Assembly: GCA_030141605.1 (NCBI GenBank)
Contig: JAQGDQ010002383.1
Coordinates: forward strand, 124,001 to 188,000
Direction: 5' to 3'
Length of the DNA stretch: 64,000 nucleotides
Source of the DNA: Tubiluchus corallicola
Taxonomy: Eukaryota; Animalia; Priapulida
Part shown: one piece after another, positions 51,379-64,000 of the stretch
Position numbering within the stretch: the stretch's first letter is position 1
Layout: every line of letters begins with the position of its first letter
Made by a program: the position numbers and the translations under genes
Notes under the pieces: generated by a model
Database searches by the model: none
Told to the model about the DNA's origin: nothing
Seen by the model: only the letters and a program-made list of their open reading frames with translations

Positions 51379-53779
51379 GTTTTATCTTAGTCAGGCAAGT
51401 GATTAGTACGCATTCAACAAACGTGGGTGAATGCTAAGTTTGATCCCCTTGTGTTACATAACAGGAAATAAAAGTTTTGCTTATGAAATTTTTACAAATT
51501 ACAGCAGGGTTCCAGAATTGGTCAGCTTCGACTTTAGAGGTCAAACAGATCATTCGGGAGGTCTAAAGTAGGTTTAAAAGAGGGTCGAAAACTGACATTC
51601 GTATAGAAAATAAAAATACATAAAATACTAAGATAAAATATAATTTGTTTATACATTAATGCCTAACTCATATATAATCATAATTCATAAGTCTTGATTA
51701 TCTATTTATTTTATATTCAGTTTGCTAGTACACAATGATATCCATATTATGTTGTTATTATTATGGTAATAATTTATGATTAATTGGAACCAAAAGGCAA
51801 TGGACCGTTATAGTACCAATGTTTCTATATTTGGATAAATTGACTTACATTTTCTTTCCCTTTATCGTGTTCTATTATTTAAAAGACTCGATGTAATCAT
51901 CATCAACACTGAAATCTTTTGATATTTGAAATTTTTTTAGTTCATTTTACTTCAAAACTGGGTTGTGGCAACGTTAGATAGAGTGTCCCGGGCTTCCTAG
52001 TTACTTCATTTCCTGTCCTATTCACTTACGTCATTTCCTAGTTACGTCACTTCCTGTCCTACTCACTTACGCCAGATTTCATGAGGAGGTCGGTGGTTTA
52101 AAGAGTTTGGTTTTCTAAACTACAGGCTGCCAGTGAGTTGACTATTTCAAATACATCGCTTTATATGAAGTCAGATGTCATTTGAAGATCACTGATGACA
52201 ATTGGATATATTCACAAAATTAGCAGCAAGCTTGTAAAAAATTCTCAAGAATTATGAAAAAAAATTTGGTCTATCATCCAGCATGGAAGCAGGCATGCGC
52301 TATTTTTCTTGCGCTTGTAGTATTAGTCAGTCCAACACTCGCATTTGTATTAGGATTCATAATGATGAAATTTGAGAAAAGCAATATATGTAAAGTACAC
52401 ACAAATGAAACTTTGATGAAAATGCTGATAGGAGTAATATTATATGAAAGTCTAACGTCCGCGAGTCTACTTAGGGACACCCAATTGCCCTTGGACAGTT
52501 TCATAAAGCAAAATATATCGTTTAACTGCAGGCAGCGGTTTTACGCATTATTAACTTTCTCCTCCTTCTCTGCTTTCTCCTCTTCTTCTGTGTCTCTTTT
52601 AAGGGCGTATAAACATAGTCAAACTCCAAGTGTTCAGCAGAACTCGGGAAACTTTTGATTGGCCCCTAAAGTGGTATTTTTGTACGGTAATTTAGTTATT
52701 TGCTCAAAATATACAGAAAAATTTACGCACGAAAAGAACATACGTACAAAACATATTCTGTATCTAAGTCAACATTTTTATTACGCTAGGTCTAACAACA
52801 GACAGCGAGTGCAAGTCTCCCCTTGGTGCTGCGGGCTGCCGTATCGGCTTTTAGTTATCCATATGCAACGGAATATTTTTCTGTTTCAAGACAAGTTTAT
52901 ACAGTTTCAAGACAAACTTTTATTGCTTGGAAACAGTTTGTACTTTGGAAGTTTAGAAGTGGGACTTTGCTTGCTTTGTTAAATTTAAGTTTGTTCTGAA
53001 ATTAAATGTTTGTAGTGGATTAGCGTGCCCTCGTAAGACAAGGACAACATTTATTTGCTGTCGCTTGTTTAATAGACAACACTTGCACTAACAGTTATTT
53101 AGCGGCTTATACTTAAAACAATATGGATAAGGACACTTAAACACGAATATGTAGGGTATGTGCCCTGACATTGGTAGCCGGTAGTCTCGAACTCAAGACT
53201 GCATGTCCGAAATCTAGACCAGTCGGCCAACCAACCCAAGACAATGCTGCTACGTCAATTATTACTTCGGGTCTTCCTTAAATTTTTTCCAACTTCTAAT
53301 TTCTGAACACTCCGTTCAAGACTAGAATAATCTCCTCTCGATAAGAAGTTGACCAACAAGCACTTTCCACGATTTTTCGGGCGCCATAATTCAGTAAGCT
53401 CGCAAGACCATAAAAAACTTTTAGCGTCAAGTTTCAGCTTCTGTTTGCAAACAATATTATTTCTGAAAAATTGTATTCATCTTATTTAATCTTGCATAAT
53501 CCTCGACAAATTTCGTTGAGCCACTTCATAAAATAATCCTTGCTAAATCCGCCGATATTCTTTCACGGCGATCAACAGCAATCTTTCTGTCGTCATTAGT
53601 GGGTTCTTACTGCACAATAACTTTTTCATAGCGGATTATCAGAATGAATGTGATTGGAGCTTCCTCTGATTAGCAAAGGGAAGTCTTCCATTCTTTATGA
53701 GTGTTTGTTGTCGTGCAATCATTGACTACTGCAGAGATTATGCAAAGAAAACTTAGCCTGGTGGATAAGAGTAGAATTT

Positions 53780-54155
53780 ATCATCATCATCATCATCATC
53801 ATCTACATCATCATCATCATCATCACCATCACCATCATCATCATCATCATCACCATCATTGTCATCGTCACCATCGTCGTCGTCATCGTCGTTTTCATCA
53901 TCATCATCAACAACATCACCATCATCATTACATCGTCGTCGTCATCGTCGTTTTCATTATCATTATCATTGTCGTCGTCGTCGTCATCATCATCATCATC
54001 CTCATCACCATTATCGTCATGATCATGATCATGATGATGATCATCATCACCATCATTGTCATCGTCATCATCGTCGTCGTCATCGTCGTTTTCATCATCA
54101 TCATCGTCATCATCATCATCATCAACATCACCATCACCATTACATCGTCATCGTT
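53780..54155. repeat. (CAT/CGT/CAC)n compound microsatellite
   Basis: Direct inspection. Confidence 0.95.
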
Positions 54156-55747
54156 ATTTCGCGTCGTCACTATTGTTTTCGTCACTTCTCAGAACATTAT
54201 TCCCCTATAGTTATAATATTGCTATAATACGCAAAACCGTCTTACAACAACTATACCTCCTTCATTCTTTTTTCATCCTTCAAACATCAACATCACTCAC
54301 CAATGTTTTCATCGTCGTCGTCGTCGTCGGTAGCTCATTGTCGATGTCATCTGTTCTTGTTATCATTGCCAGTAACTTTGTCTGTTTTTAATCTACCCTT
54401 TGCTAGTTTGGTTTTGTTTTATGACGCAGATTTGCACGTTTATAGAAATACAATCTAGACGAGCGCATCCCTTCTCATTAAATGCAACACTTAGAGAGAA
54501 ATGTGCTGGTAAATTGTTTCTAAACAACCCTAATTGTTGAGTTGAACAAACATTAAAAGCCTTGTAGGTAAAGGCGAAATTACTTGCATTTGCACAATTA
54601 TTTTAACATACAAACTACATGTATTTTTACAAGCAAATGAAAAAAAATTGTAATCAAATCTTATCTCTGGCCTTCAGGTGTGAAAATAAATTGATAAAGT
54701 GGGTGTTATGGTGGCCATAAGAACGGAAGAAACGTGATAATGGTAAAGGTACTTTCACATGCATACAGAATGTGCTGCGATGATGTCGATCGGGCAGACG
54801 ATTATTCACTTGTTTCGTTGGAAGTACATTCCGTAAAAATATGAAAGCACCTTTAGTTATTATATAGTCAGAAATTTATTTTATCGTAAAAATAAGCTTC
54901 GATGAGATTGCTGTATTACAAAGAAAGTTCTTAGAAAACAAAAATATTGCCGCATGAAATAAATGTAATATCGCGCAACAAAACAAAGTTGCCAACGAAA
55001 GTGTTTTAAATAATTATCTGATAAAAGTAAACAAGTTACTATTGGATGAAGCTTGAAATATTGTCTAAAACAAATACTAGGCATCATTTCGAATTTCGAA
55101 TAATGCTGGAAAAATATGCAGGTCACGACAAGTGATCGTCACAACAGAATGTGCTTTTTCTGTTTTTTTTTCACTGAAAACTCAACAGTTATTTTAATTA
55201 GAATAAAACGATAATAGTCTTTAAAAACAAATTACCAAAAAGCTCCCTTCGCTTGTAAGCCTATAATTTCTCCAATGGGCTTTCTTGATTTTTTTCGGTG
55301 AATTTTTTCAACCAATCACCATTCTTACTGGGTAATGAGCTTGAGCTCTTACAAATTAGAAAAGTTTCACAAGAGTTCACTGCTGTACCTGAAGATTATA
55401 GTCCCTATACGACGTCCTCATAACATTAATTTTAAATACGTAATTGTTAAATTATTATTTAAAGATAGTCACGTGTGTCTCTTCTTTCCCATTATTGAAC
55501 ATTATTTTATTATAAACTAACACATTCGTACAATAATTCAATTTTCATTCGTCTTAAATGCAAAATTTGATAATTTTTAATTACCTGGTACATGCGCATT
55601 AACTAATTAATTATATTAGTAACAATTCTTACCTATGTTAGGGTGCAATGAACAATTCACCTTACAATAAGGCTACAGATGAATCTGCCATTGGCTCTAT
55701 TTTAGTGTTTAAAATGAATGATTACCGTTAGAAGTGTGCATACTTAC

Positions 55748-56018
55748 TTGCAAATAAACTATTGACTAGATTAAAAGGTAAACAGAAGAGCAACACCAAT
55801 ATGTCCGCCGCCGCAAGGTTAGCAATGAAAAGATTGGTAACGTTCCACATGTGTGGACTTCGAATCACCACAGCTAACACAAAACTGTTTCCAACCACTC
55901 CCACAATGAACACTATCACGTACGCCATTGTTAGAAACACTATTTCCCAGTTATGGTCCAATTTTAGCTCCGTGCTGTAGGATAAGTTAGTTCTCGATAT
56001 ATCGGTGGAATTCGACAT
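55748..56018 (-). CDS. SIFaR: SIFaR-like GPCR, single first coding exon (N-terminus, TM1, TM2)
   Basis: [15 protein letters not shown]...[59 protein letters not shown]; phase-1 donor A|GTAAGT; upstream acceptor ttcttttcttatag at 56132 implies a further 5' UTR exon. Confidence 0.92.
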
Positions 56019-56556
56019 GTTTTGGAATAATATGGTCGCCAGTAAAAGCAAATTAACGTTCAGCGTCCACTGAAGTATGACTGCTGCCGCTAGCCACTGG
56101 TGATTAATGAAGAGACTGGTCCTTCAGGTCACTATAAGAAAAGAAAAGAACTTCGTAAAGAAGAATTTTGATTTTTTACAGCTTCCTACTAGATAAAAAC
56201 TAGGAAAAATATTTATTAATGGTAAATGACATTAACATTATCGCGATTAACATTATCGTTTATTTTCATAAGCAGTTGTGTAATGCATCTTATATTATGT
56301 ACGTATAAATAATGTAATGTACATACCCTCATAACGTTTCTTGTATATATTTCTTGCATATACAATATATATTGTATATATATACAGGGCCTAGTATATT
56401 TTTCACGGTCATAAACTCTAACCTCACTATCAACAACAATGCAAAAGGTAAAGAACAATGTTGATATCGATCCCTTCCCCAATTCTACCTAGCCAATCAC
56501 AAGACAGGTCACGTGACTTTCACAGAAATTATACCTGGTTCTACATTATACATAAT

Positions 56557-56802
56557 GGTAATCCCCCAATTCGCCAGTTATCTTTTCGCCAGTCTACTTT
56601 TTCGTCAGTGCACTTTTTCGCCAGTCTACTTTTTCGCTAGTGCAATTTTTCGCCAGTCTACTTTTTCGCCAGTGCACTTTTTCGCCAGTCTACTTTTTCG
56701 CCAGTGCACTTTTTCGCCAGTCTACTTTTTCACCAGTGCACTTTTTCACCAATTACTTTTTCGCCTGGCGAAAAAAGTAGACTGGCGAAACGATATACAA
56801 TC
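56557..56802. mobile_element. Mutator-like / foldback-type MITE built of 16-bp tandem units
   Basis: 9-bp TSD atacataat (56548-56556, 56803-56811); about 12 units of TTCGCCAGT(CT/GC)ACTTT, then inverted units ctggcgaaaaaagtagactggcgaa. Confidence 0.75.
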
Positions 56803-58319
56803 ATACATAATAAACCCTGTCCTAGTAAAAGTTTTCAACAGAAACAACACTGCACGCGAGTTCTTCAAATGGAAAAAGAACTTTCTCTTGGAAATTCAAC
56901 AATCTAAACCACACACGCAGCGCCGCCAAGCGTATCAGACGTGCAAGATTACACCATTTTCCTCTTCAGTGTAAAATCAATAAAAACTTTTCATCAAAAT
57001 ACTAATCATTAGTAGCTTCTCAAGAATCTGTAATTGAGTTCAATCACTGACTAGTGAAACACGGGATGAATCTAAAGCGGGCATTCTTGCTTTTTGGTCA
57101 TTATCATGAAATCTATCAAACTGTAACGCTTAGCATTTTACATGCTTTATCTATTAGCTCTGACATTCGAAGCATTGCTGACAATCGTGTAACCTTACCA
57201 TAAGAGTCTCAATGGAATTTGAACATGACAAGCAAATGTAAGTTCGCCTGTGTCAAAGACAAAAATCTCAACAGCTACTGCGCAGACGGAAAGATAACTA
57301 TTGCGCATTTACTTTTAGATTTTACAATGCCAATGTGTACATGTACATACAGAACAATATGTAATATACAAAGTTTATAAATCATCAGCACATGAAGACA
57401 CAACAAGTCGAAATTGTAAGAAAACTTGTGCAGAGTGAACTTAACAAATGAGTGGACACAAAAAAGATAATTTAAAAAAAGAAAAAATGGTGATGAAAAA
57501 AACACAAAAACGAGAAATTGGGACACAGACATATAAGTTGCCGTCAATATTAACTTTTTTTTGTCATAACTGACTAACTGACGCACTACCATCATTATCT
57601 TAATCATCGTCGTTGCCACTGCGGTCGTTGTGGTCACTGTTATCGTCAAAATAATTATCATCATCATCATCGTCATGATGCCGCCGCCGTCGTTGTTGTT
57701 GTTGTTGTTGTTGTCGTCGTCGTTATCATCACCACCACCATAACCATCATTTTTCTTTTTGCTTCTCTTCTTTTCACAAATTTCGTTTTTTGTTTTAGCG
57801 TTTCTCTTTTTTAATAGCTAAAAACACGTATCAGCAGCATCTGTATTATATTACTCTGATTTGCTTTGAGTGAATTAAAAACATTTGCCTTTGATTAGAG
57901 AATCCCCGTTCAAAAGAGGCATAACAAGATTACTAGAGCAATCATAAAGAACGCAACATGGTAATTAACACGGTATTTTTGATTTGGTTTGTAATCATAC
58001 CGCTTTATTGCTGAAAAAATAATTAAAACGATGAACGAGTATGAGTCATAAAGTCTAATTACACTCGACGCTTTGAGTGGGTCGGATACAAGTTCACTTT
58101 AGACTTGTCTTTTGTGACGGAACGGAAGTGTACGAGAAAATTAAAATTTAACGCGTTGCATAATAATTATATTATAATTAATTGAAGGCGTGGTACGTTT
58201 GAGTCGATCTAACCACGTGACTGGGTTTAAAATCAATCTAATGTTTCCAATAATATTCTGTTGTTAACTTCCAGCTATAGTGACTTTAATTTTCAATGTT
58301 TTATGTTGCAAAACATTTT

Positions 58320-58715
58320 TTGTAAACATTTATTTGAAATAATTGCCTTTAGCAAATAAATGCTGATCAAATTGCTTCAGGCTGCAAAATTTACAGGAGT
58401 GCAGTTTGACAGGAAAAACAAATCTATCACAAAATATACATAACTATTCCAATTGTTAATTATGATAATTAAAACGGTTAGATGAACCAATATATTGCTG
58501 CACCAGATCAAATAGAATGATGTTCTGTTCATAACTTAGTAGTGAACTACCTGAAAGAAAAACTGAAGTTTCTAATTGTGGGTTAAAGTTATTTATATTA
58601 AAAGGTAATGTGTTTGTTTGGTATAGGTTTGTTAGTCGTTCTTTGAGGTCCTCTCTACTAGCAACATGCAAAGGGCAATCGAGCAAAAAATGTTTAATAC
58701 TTTCAAAACACTTTA
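58320..58715 (-). mobile_element. CR1/L2-type LINE 3' end fragment
   Basis: ESIKHFLLDCPLH...R...FLSGSSLLSYEQNIILFDLVQQYIGSSNRF-stop, short 3' UTR and AATAAA near 58330. Confidence 0.75.
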
Positions 58716-59246
58716 AATCTGAAAACAGGCTACCTGTTGAAATTGTAGACATAATTTAAGAGCTAGACACATTTTTTGCTATTGCTTCTTTTGCTGAAAC
58801 TGTTGTTGTTACCACAGCTATTGTTGCTGCAGTTGTTACTGTCTTCTAGATGTGGCAACTGATTTTATTGGGGGTCCTACTCAGCAAATTTTATACCTAT
58901 AAGGCAAAAATAAGGAACTTCCGTCTAAAAACAGTAACGAATATTCAGACATATCCAAACCCTAAGGTCCGCGCAGACATGTAAAACTTAAGAAACTGTT
59001 GATTAACTATCTGCATAACATTTCAACAATAGTTGATTCTAAATTAAAAGGTACGACTTATTTTGCTAAGAATTAGTGTATTCAATTAGCACTGTGAAAC
59101 ATATGTAGATGTGTTTGTCATAAATTATGGTATTTTTTAATATACTGCGCTTAAAAAGAACCCTGTAATTGTAGGGACGTGTTCCTGTATGCCTTGTTTT
59201 TTTAATTGTGTCATTTATTAATTGTACTTGAGCTTATGTTTGTAAA

Positions 59247-59356
<110 letters not shown>

Positions 59357-60221
59357 CTTTCATCGCTAAACAACATTTGTATTAATATTTCGAGTCTTTT
59401 AACTGCATAGATGGCTCCATTCGTTCACTTTTAAGCAGTTTTTGTTATTAAGGTAGCATATCACATTATGGTGCAGCTGCTACACCAATTGAGCTTAAAT
59501 TTTGCATGGATTATATTGTAAAATATGCCCACAGTATAGTAAGAGAAGGCCAAAGATAAGAGTCGTTTCTCTCAGGTAATGCTGTAACGCTTCTCCACTT
59601 GATGTCGAGCTTACGCAGCAGTTCATCAAAACTATTTGAACTCATCCGATAATAACTAAATTACTCGGATGAAGCCAGTAAAAGTGGTCATAGAGCTTAT
59701 AAAATCGCCCTTTCACTAATCGCTGACTACCTCTTCAATCTTCATAGCGCCAGTTGCGCAATTTAAAATTGCTTGTCTGGGGGTGCGATTTTGGTGCACG
59801 AGTAAAATTGCTACAATTTTCGGCTGCACAACTTTTAATTGCGCAACTGAAAATTGCACATCTACGCGGGGACTAATAAGCTTGAAATTTAGTTCAACAC
59901 GTTTGTTCTTCTCGTTATACAAACGAGAAGTGAGGATCCCGCTGCTAAATGAACTGCCCCAGGCCTGCCCAAGCTCATATAAAGTAATTGATGAAGAATT
60001 TGTTAAATGGCGCACAAAACGGTATAAAAGTAAAAATAGTGCGCGCACATCAATTCATGGTTAATTAAGCGCATAATTTTACAAGTTTTGCGCAATTATA
60101 AGGCAAGATTTTGCCAATTTTAATGTAGCAAATGAAACGACATCGCAATAAACGTACCCAAGATTTTATACATTTCGTAATTAGAAATAGCAAATGAGTA
60201 GTACAAAGAAGCGCCTTTTTT

Positions 60222-61062
60222 ATTGTTGTTGTTGCTGCTGCTGCTACTACTGTTGCTGTTGTTGCTGTTGTTGTTGTTGCTGTTACTGCTGTTGCTGCTG
60301 TTGTTGTTGTTGCTGTTGTTGTTGTTGTTGTTGCTGTTGCTGTTGCTGCTGCTCTTGTTGTTTTTGTTGTTGCTGCTGTTGTTGTTGTTGTTGCTGTTGC
60401 TGCTGCTGTAGTTGCTGCTACTGCCGTTGCCGCTATTGCTGTTGCTATTCCTGTAGCTGTTGTTGTTGTTTTTGTTGTTGCTGTTGTTGTTGTCGTTGTC
60501 GTTGTCATTGTCATTTTCGTCATTGCCGTTGTTGTTGTTGTCACTGCTGCTGTTGCCATTGCCGCTATTGCTGTAGCTGTTGTTGTTGTTTTTGTTGTTG
60601 CTGTTGTTGTTGTCGTTGTTGTTGTTGTTTTTGTTGTTGCTGTTGTTGTTGTCGTTGTTGTTGTGATTGTCATTGTCGCCATTGCCGTTGTTGTTGTTGT
60701 CACTGCTGCTGCTGCCGTTGCCGCTATTGCTGTTGCTATTCCTGTAGCTGTTGTTGTTGTCGTTGTTGTTGTTATCACTGTCGCTGTCACTGTTGTTGTT
60801 GTTGTTGCTGCTGCTGTTGTTGTTGTCGTTGTTGTTGTGGTTGTTGCTGCTGGTGTTGTCATTGCCGCTATTGCTGTTGCTGTTCCTGTAGCTGTTGTTG
60901 TTGTCGTTGTCGTTGTCGCTGTCGCTGTTGCTGTTATTGTTGTTGTTGTTGTTGTTGTCATCGTAGTTGTTGCTGCTGCACATGCAGTTACCGCTATTGC
61001 TGTTCCTGTTCCTGTAGCTGTTGTTGTTTTTGTTGTTGTCGCTGTCACTGTCGGTGTCGCTG
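60222..61062. repeat. (GTT/GCT)n compound microsatellite with higher-order repeat
   Basis: Direct inspection; ccgctattgctgt...tgtagctgttg motif recurs about 5 times. Confidence 0.95.
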
Positions 61063-61344
61063 TACACGTTTAGTAGTTTTATTACCAGGTGTGGCAATAA
61101 TGTGTATTTCTAGGACTGACTCTAATAAGAAAGCTGCCGGCGATAAGTTCACGCCATGCTTAAAAGTAATTATTGAGAATTAGCGACGTTATTTAATTCT
61201 TAACTCTCAGTGGATGTTAAAGGTACTGAAATGTTATCCTACAGAGCAAAAAGTAGATCTCGATGCGGTAATTTTCAAATCTCAGTCAGTAGAAGAAGCT
61301 CTTAACTTGAAAGAATTAACATTCTGTATATCGCGTATAATGTC

Positions 61345-61384
61345 GATAACGATAACGATAACGATTACCACAACCATAACCATA

Positions 61385-61419
<35 letters not shown>

Positions 61420-61590
61420 AACGATAACGATAACGATAACAATAACAATAACAATAACAATAACAATCAAAATAGCAATAGCAATAGCAATAACGATAAC
61501 GATAACAATAACGATAACGATACCAATACCGATAACGATAACGATAACAATAACGATAACTAACGATAATGACAATAAAAAATAATAATA
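61345..61590. repeat. (ATAACG/ATAACA/ATGACG)n hexanucleotide microsatellite
   Basis: Direct inspection. Confidence 0.9.
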
Positions 61591-61949
61591 TGCCAAACAA
61601 ATACGTACGAGAGAAAGAATCTCTATCTGCATCCAATGAGCATTTCGCATTTACCCATATTTCTTTTGGCAGCACTTAACAACGCGCCATTAGGCTCTAA
61701 AATCGAATACAGTCTTTGTATGAATAAGGATTTCTTTTTTCACTTGATTGAAAAAAACATCGTAAATTTAGTTGTCTTAATAATTGCCACTGTAACAGTA
61801 ACATAGTGAAAAGGCCATATATGACAGGGGTGGTGCCAAGAGCCAGAGTTGAAGACACCGGGGAAACCAAGCGAAGTGCAAGAAATATGATTTTGAGAAT
61901 CTCTGTCTTAGTATAGTGATGCAGTGAATCGGCAGGCTATTTATGTTAA

Positions 61950-62556
61950 AGGACAAGAAAAGGGGTACCTCCCGTTGAAAGGATTTTTTGTTTGTTTCAT
62001 TTCAAATACTCCCCCCCCCCCCCCCCCGACACTGTACCGATCGCGTCCTCATTACCTGATGTCATATATGCACAACGTAAATCAGGGGAAGAAAAGTACA
62101 TGTTAGACTATGTCCCAAAAAACTTTCTATGCAAAGCTATGTTACTTAGCATTTCGCTTACCTGCTTAAATGACTTACGTAACTAGAATAGAAAATATTT
62201 AATTATTTAAAATGTTTTCACCAATAGGTAAAATGTCGCTGTCTCACCCTCCAGGGTGCACCACTCACTAACCAAAAAACATATTTTTAATCTTATTGAC
62301 AAGATACAGTAAATTAAAATTTTACTTACTTAGTGACGTGTGCGCTACGAATGCTCAGATTATATTTCCAAATTTTACTCAGTGTTATCTAAACTTGCCT
62401 CAAATGACTTATCGTCAAAATGGCTGCTGCTAACTGTCATCGTGGGAGTTTCAATTTACATGTTTTATACAGCGTTAAGGCCGACGCAAACTCTGCATGC
62501 AAAAAGACAGTGCGTAAGTGGTATAAATTTTGAAAACGAATTTTTTAAGCTTTATG
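61950..62556 (+). mobile_element. Kolobok-like family 1 copy (right end truncated)
   Basis: Starts ttaa|AGGACAAGAAAAGG as at 20823; body collinear with 20980-21485. Confidence 0.75.
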
Positions 62557-63712
62557 TAAGTGGACGGTATTGTGGAGGGCACAAGGGTATCCCTTTTTTA
62601 GTTTGAGGAAGCTCAAATTTGGCCACCTACTTTGTCACACATGCAAGTTAATATAGAAACTTGTGACAATTTTCAAAAAAAATATCAATCTGTACTAAAT
62701 AGTTATGCACTAATATATATTAAGGTTCATTAATGCTGTAATTGTAGCTTATATACAGCTAGATTGAAATTCTAAAATTATATACGGTGTGTGATGAGTA
62801 TCCCAGTACAATGAGTGGATGGTTGATGAAATGGCTCTTTATGGAGGTTTATATTGTTCTCTTCTCTAACAGCTGGTAACATTTAGCAATGATACAAATG
62901 AGAACATTTGTAAGAACGATACGCTCGTATATAAAATTATTATTTTAAAGAAAATTTTCCGTTTTAGATCAGCTGGCTGCATATCGTTCTAAGCAAGTGA
63001 CTTGTGCTTTAAAATTATTGCTGACTTCGGGAAAAGTCACCAACAAAACACTACAAAATGTCACAGATTATCTGTGCAATGCACTAAGTCACAACATTTT
63101 AGCTCTGCTTTTGCGCATATGACAACACAGATATCTGCTCACACATACACGCGCTGTCAAGGTGTGTTTGTTTATCGAGCAATTGTTATAGCAAATAATT
63201 TAGACACTACATTATTTAGCGTCCATTAACGTTTGGGCTGCAGTACATAACAGGCCTACGCGTGAATAAGAAAAAACATTTTCCATAATGTAGTGTTAGC
63301 TTTCTTGTACTAAAGTTCTGCATAATATGGTTCAGCAAAAATAATCAGGTAGCTTAAAATATTAAGAAAAAATTGTAGTCCATCCAATAGATGCGTTACA
63401 TAATGTTATTTCACGATTTTATAAATATCAATTTTATGGTCAATTTTAGTTGGTTACAATACGTAATAAACTATCCATCTTTGTAATAAAGGATTAATTC
63501 GACGTTATCGCTTTGTTCTACATACAAAAGTGACAAATAAATTACTTCAGTTTCTCAAGAATCTATAATTACAATTAAAGACTCGCTAATATCCAGTGAG
63601 ACGAATAACGAAATTTAAACACAGAAAAAAAAACCAAGATTATTCACAGTTGATTACAAATGTACAAACGTATTAAACATATGATAGAGCGTTCACTGCT
63701 TCGTTCTTTTAA

Positions 63713-64000
63713 AGGCAAAAAGGATGATTTTTCATATCCTCCCCAATTTTGAAGTTCGGGAAAAAGATACATTTTAACGCTTATAATCACGCCAAGGCGT
63801 TTCTGATAATGAAATAATAAGCTAAAAACGTAATTAACGGCTGGTGAGCCCAAATAATAATGACATCCACAAGCGTACTGCACGTATTCGTAAAAAAAAA
63901 TTGAAGTACACTGCTACTGTACAATAATCAATGTGATTTAAGTTTAAAATTCAAATTTCAAGTTTACATCTGTTCTCATGCATGAGCTTTCGCATGTGTG
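63713..64000 (+). mobile_element. Family 2 TTAA-flanked DNA transposon copy (runs off window)
   Basis: Collinear with 40620-40910. Confidence 0.55.

Noticed and set aside
51960-53760. Possible decayed transposase coding sequence and a short ACGTCA/TTCCTG tandem duplication
   Set aside because: No convincing catalytic motifs, TIRs or TSD could be established by eye.
59752-59848. Short inverted repeat agttgcgcaatt / aattgcgcaact
   Set aside because: Probably an internal part of a decayed MITE; boundaries and TSD not definable.

Overview
AT-rich, intron- and microsatellite-rich animal genomic DNA, probably an invertebrate (lophotrochozoan-like; inferred). Gene models were assembled by eye from splice sites and reading phase. 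(1) A minus-strand SIFamide/NPFF-type neuropeptide GPCR locus spans about 19.7-56.1 kb. It has only ONE visible N-terminal/TM1-TM2 exon (55748-56018) but TWO intact, strongly diverged, phase-identical TM3-to-helix-8 exon cassettes (A: 30325-30424 + 29295-30030; B: 25354-25453 + 23593-24259), plus two candidate tail exons (20580-20661, 19752-19840). This looks like one gene making two or more different receptors by alternative cassette choice. (2) A minus-strand 5-exon type I membrane protein (about 358 aa) has a 10-Cys ectodomain with CS-alpha/beta (scorpion alpha-KTx/defensin-like) spacing and cytoplasmic PY motifs; its stop-codon region is amplified into a 66-bp minisatellite. (3) A convergent plus-strand Ly6/uPAR three-finger, probably GPI-anchored, gene (162 aa). 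(4) An intact tRNA-Ile(AAT). The rest is transposon debris (a 5'-truncated LINE with an intact 466-aa RT ORF; R2-like, CR1/L2 and RTE fragments; hAT, Kolobok-like and Mutator-like MITEs with visible TSDs; tRNA-derived SINEs) and long simple repeats, which explain most long ORFs in the ORF track.
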